Assembly (NCBI GenBank): GCA_016550395.1
Contig: JABXGY010000180.1
Coordinates: forward strand, 1 to 32,924
Length of the DNA: 32,924 nt
Direction: 5' to 3'
Origin: an archaeon
GTDB taxonomy: Archaea; Asgardarchaeota; Hermodarchaeia; Hermodarchaeales; Hermodarchaeaceae
The notes beneath the pieces were generated by a model. It searched no databases. It was not told the DNA's origin and worked only from the letters and a program-made list of their open reading frames with translations. Below are positions 32,118 through 32,924 of this stretch, piece after piece (the first letter of the stretch is position 1; each line of letters starts with the position of its first letter). The position numbers and the translations under genes are program-made.

Positions 32118-32924
32118 ATGTCTACACGAACAGGAAATATACAACGAATTGCTGGTCCACTCATCGAAGCAGATGGACTTCTTGGAGTTACTATGTTTGA
32201 GGTATGTAGAGTTGGGACAGAGGACTTAATTGGTGAAGTCAATCGAGTCGTAGGTGATCGAGCCTATATTCAAGTTTATGAAGAAACATCTGGATTAAAA
32301 CCGGGAGAACCGGTTGTTGCTACTGGAACTTCTCTTGACGTTGAACTTGGCCCCGGCTTAGTTGGCTCCATTTTTGATGGCATTCAACGACCACTGCCCA
32401 GTATCAAAAATCAGGTCGGAGATTTCATTACACGAGGTGTTACTGCACCACCACTTCCGGAGGAGAAACCATGGACATTTAATCCCACTATTAAAAAAGG
32501 CGCAACAGTCACAGCTGGTGATATGATAGGAACAGTACAAGAAACAAGCGTATTTCTTCACCGCATTCTTGTGCCGCCAGGGATTGAAGGGAAAGTGACG
32601 CAGATAGTCAATATCGGTGATTACACTATCAAAGATGTCATTGCACAGATTCAAACCCCTTCAGGTAAAAGTGACATTAAACTAACCCAGCGTTGGCCTG
32701 TACGTATTGGGCGACCCTATAAATCAAAAATTAGCACGGAAGTACCGTTATACACAGGTCAAAGGGTCATTGATACATTCTTCCCAGTTGCAAAAGGTGG
32801 AACTGGAGCTATTCCTGGGGGATTTGGAACCGGTAAAACGGTTACTCTTCATCAATTATCGAAATGGGCTGATGCTGACATCATCGTCTATGTTGGTTGT
32901 GGAGAGAGAGGAAATGAAATGACA
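32118..32924 (+). CDS. atpA: A/V-type ATP synthase catalytic subunit A, N-terminal 269 aa (3' end outside window)
   Basis: Absent from the ORF track because no stop codon occurs before the window edge. The ATG at 32118 gives MSTRTGNIQRIAGPLIEADGL...VGEVNRVVGDRAYIQVYEETSGLKPGEPV...LGPGLVGSIFDGIQRPL...GQRVIDTFFPVAKGGTGAIPGGFGTGKTV...VYVGCGERGNEMT. This includes the non-homologous insert region and the Walker A motif GGFGTGKT. Confidence 0.9.
   Translation, partial: MSTRTGNIQRIAGPLIEADGLLGVTMFEVCRVGTEDLIGEVNRVVGDRAYIQVYEETSGLKPGEPVVATGTSLDVELGPGLVGSIFDGIQRPLPSIKNQVGDFITRGVTAPPLPEEKPWTFNPTIKKGATVTAGDMIGTVQETSVFLHRILVPPGIEGKVTQIVNIGDYTIKDVIAQIQTPSGKSDIKLTQRWPVRIGRPYKSKISTEVPLYTGQRVIDTFFPVAKGGTGAIPGGFGTGKTVTLHQLSKWADADIIVYVGCGERGNEMT

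Noticed and set aside
32358-32922. ORFs 32358..32654 (-) and 32707..32922 (+)
   Set aside because: Both fall inside the atpA reading frame (32118 to the window end). That frame is unambiguous (Walker A, GERGNEMT) but is missing from the ORF track because it has no stop within the window.
1-32924. Window-wide look for CRISPR arrays, IS/transposase genes, integrases, toxin-antitoxin pairs or defence islands
   Set aside because: No repeat-spacer periodicity, no transposase- or integrase-like ORF, and no small paired ORFs of TA type were seen. Nearly every ORF over 100 aa is accounted for by a housekeeping family.

Overview
This window is about 32.9 kb of densely packed archaeal chromosome, roughly 40-45% G+C by eye. 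All calls rest on motifs read from the ORF translations and the DNA; no database search was run.

Most of the content is core housekeeping:
- Replication and repair: Hef/FANCM-like helicase-nuclease, PolD large subunit DP2 carrying an intein, a four-OB RPA, an Lhr helicase, a COG1407-type metallophosphoesterase and a short beta-CASP nuclease.
- Metabolism: the porGDAB 2-oxoacid:ferredoxin oxidoreductase operon, SHMT and a partial IMPase.
- Other: Sec61beta, Elf1, a SAMHD1-like HD hydrolase, a dolichol-kinase-like gene next to a GT2 gene, and the start of an A-type ATPase block (atpF, partial atpA).

PolD together with Elf1, Hef and a multi-intron tRNA points to a TACK/Asgard-type archaeon. The lineage cannot be fixed from this window.

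I saw no CRISPR array, rRNA, IS element or obvious defence island. The only mobile element is the LAGLIDADG intein in DP2.

The most unusual items are:
1. A tRNA-Pro(CGG) gene broken by three or four introns, including D-loop and T-loop introns.
2. A 541-aa DP2 intein ending in Ala-Gln instead of His-Asn.
3. An Lhr / SWIM / metallophosphoesterase neighbourhood, the best candidate here for an under-described nucleic-acid repair module.
4. A 124-aa orphan that resembles eukaryotic proteasome assembly chaperone PAC3 in length and pattern. This rests on my memory of the human sequence and has low certainty.
5. A Zn-ribbon/PUA/PP-loop/ferredoxin fusion protein of unknown target.

I do not see a clear, self-contained novel system.
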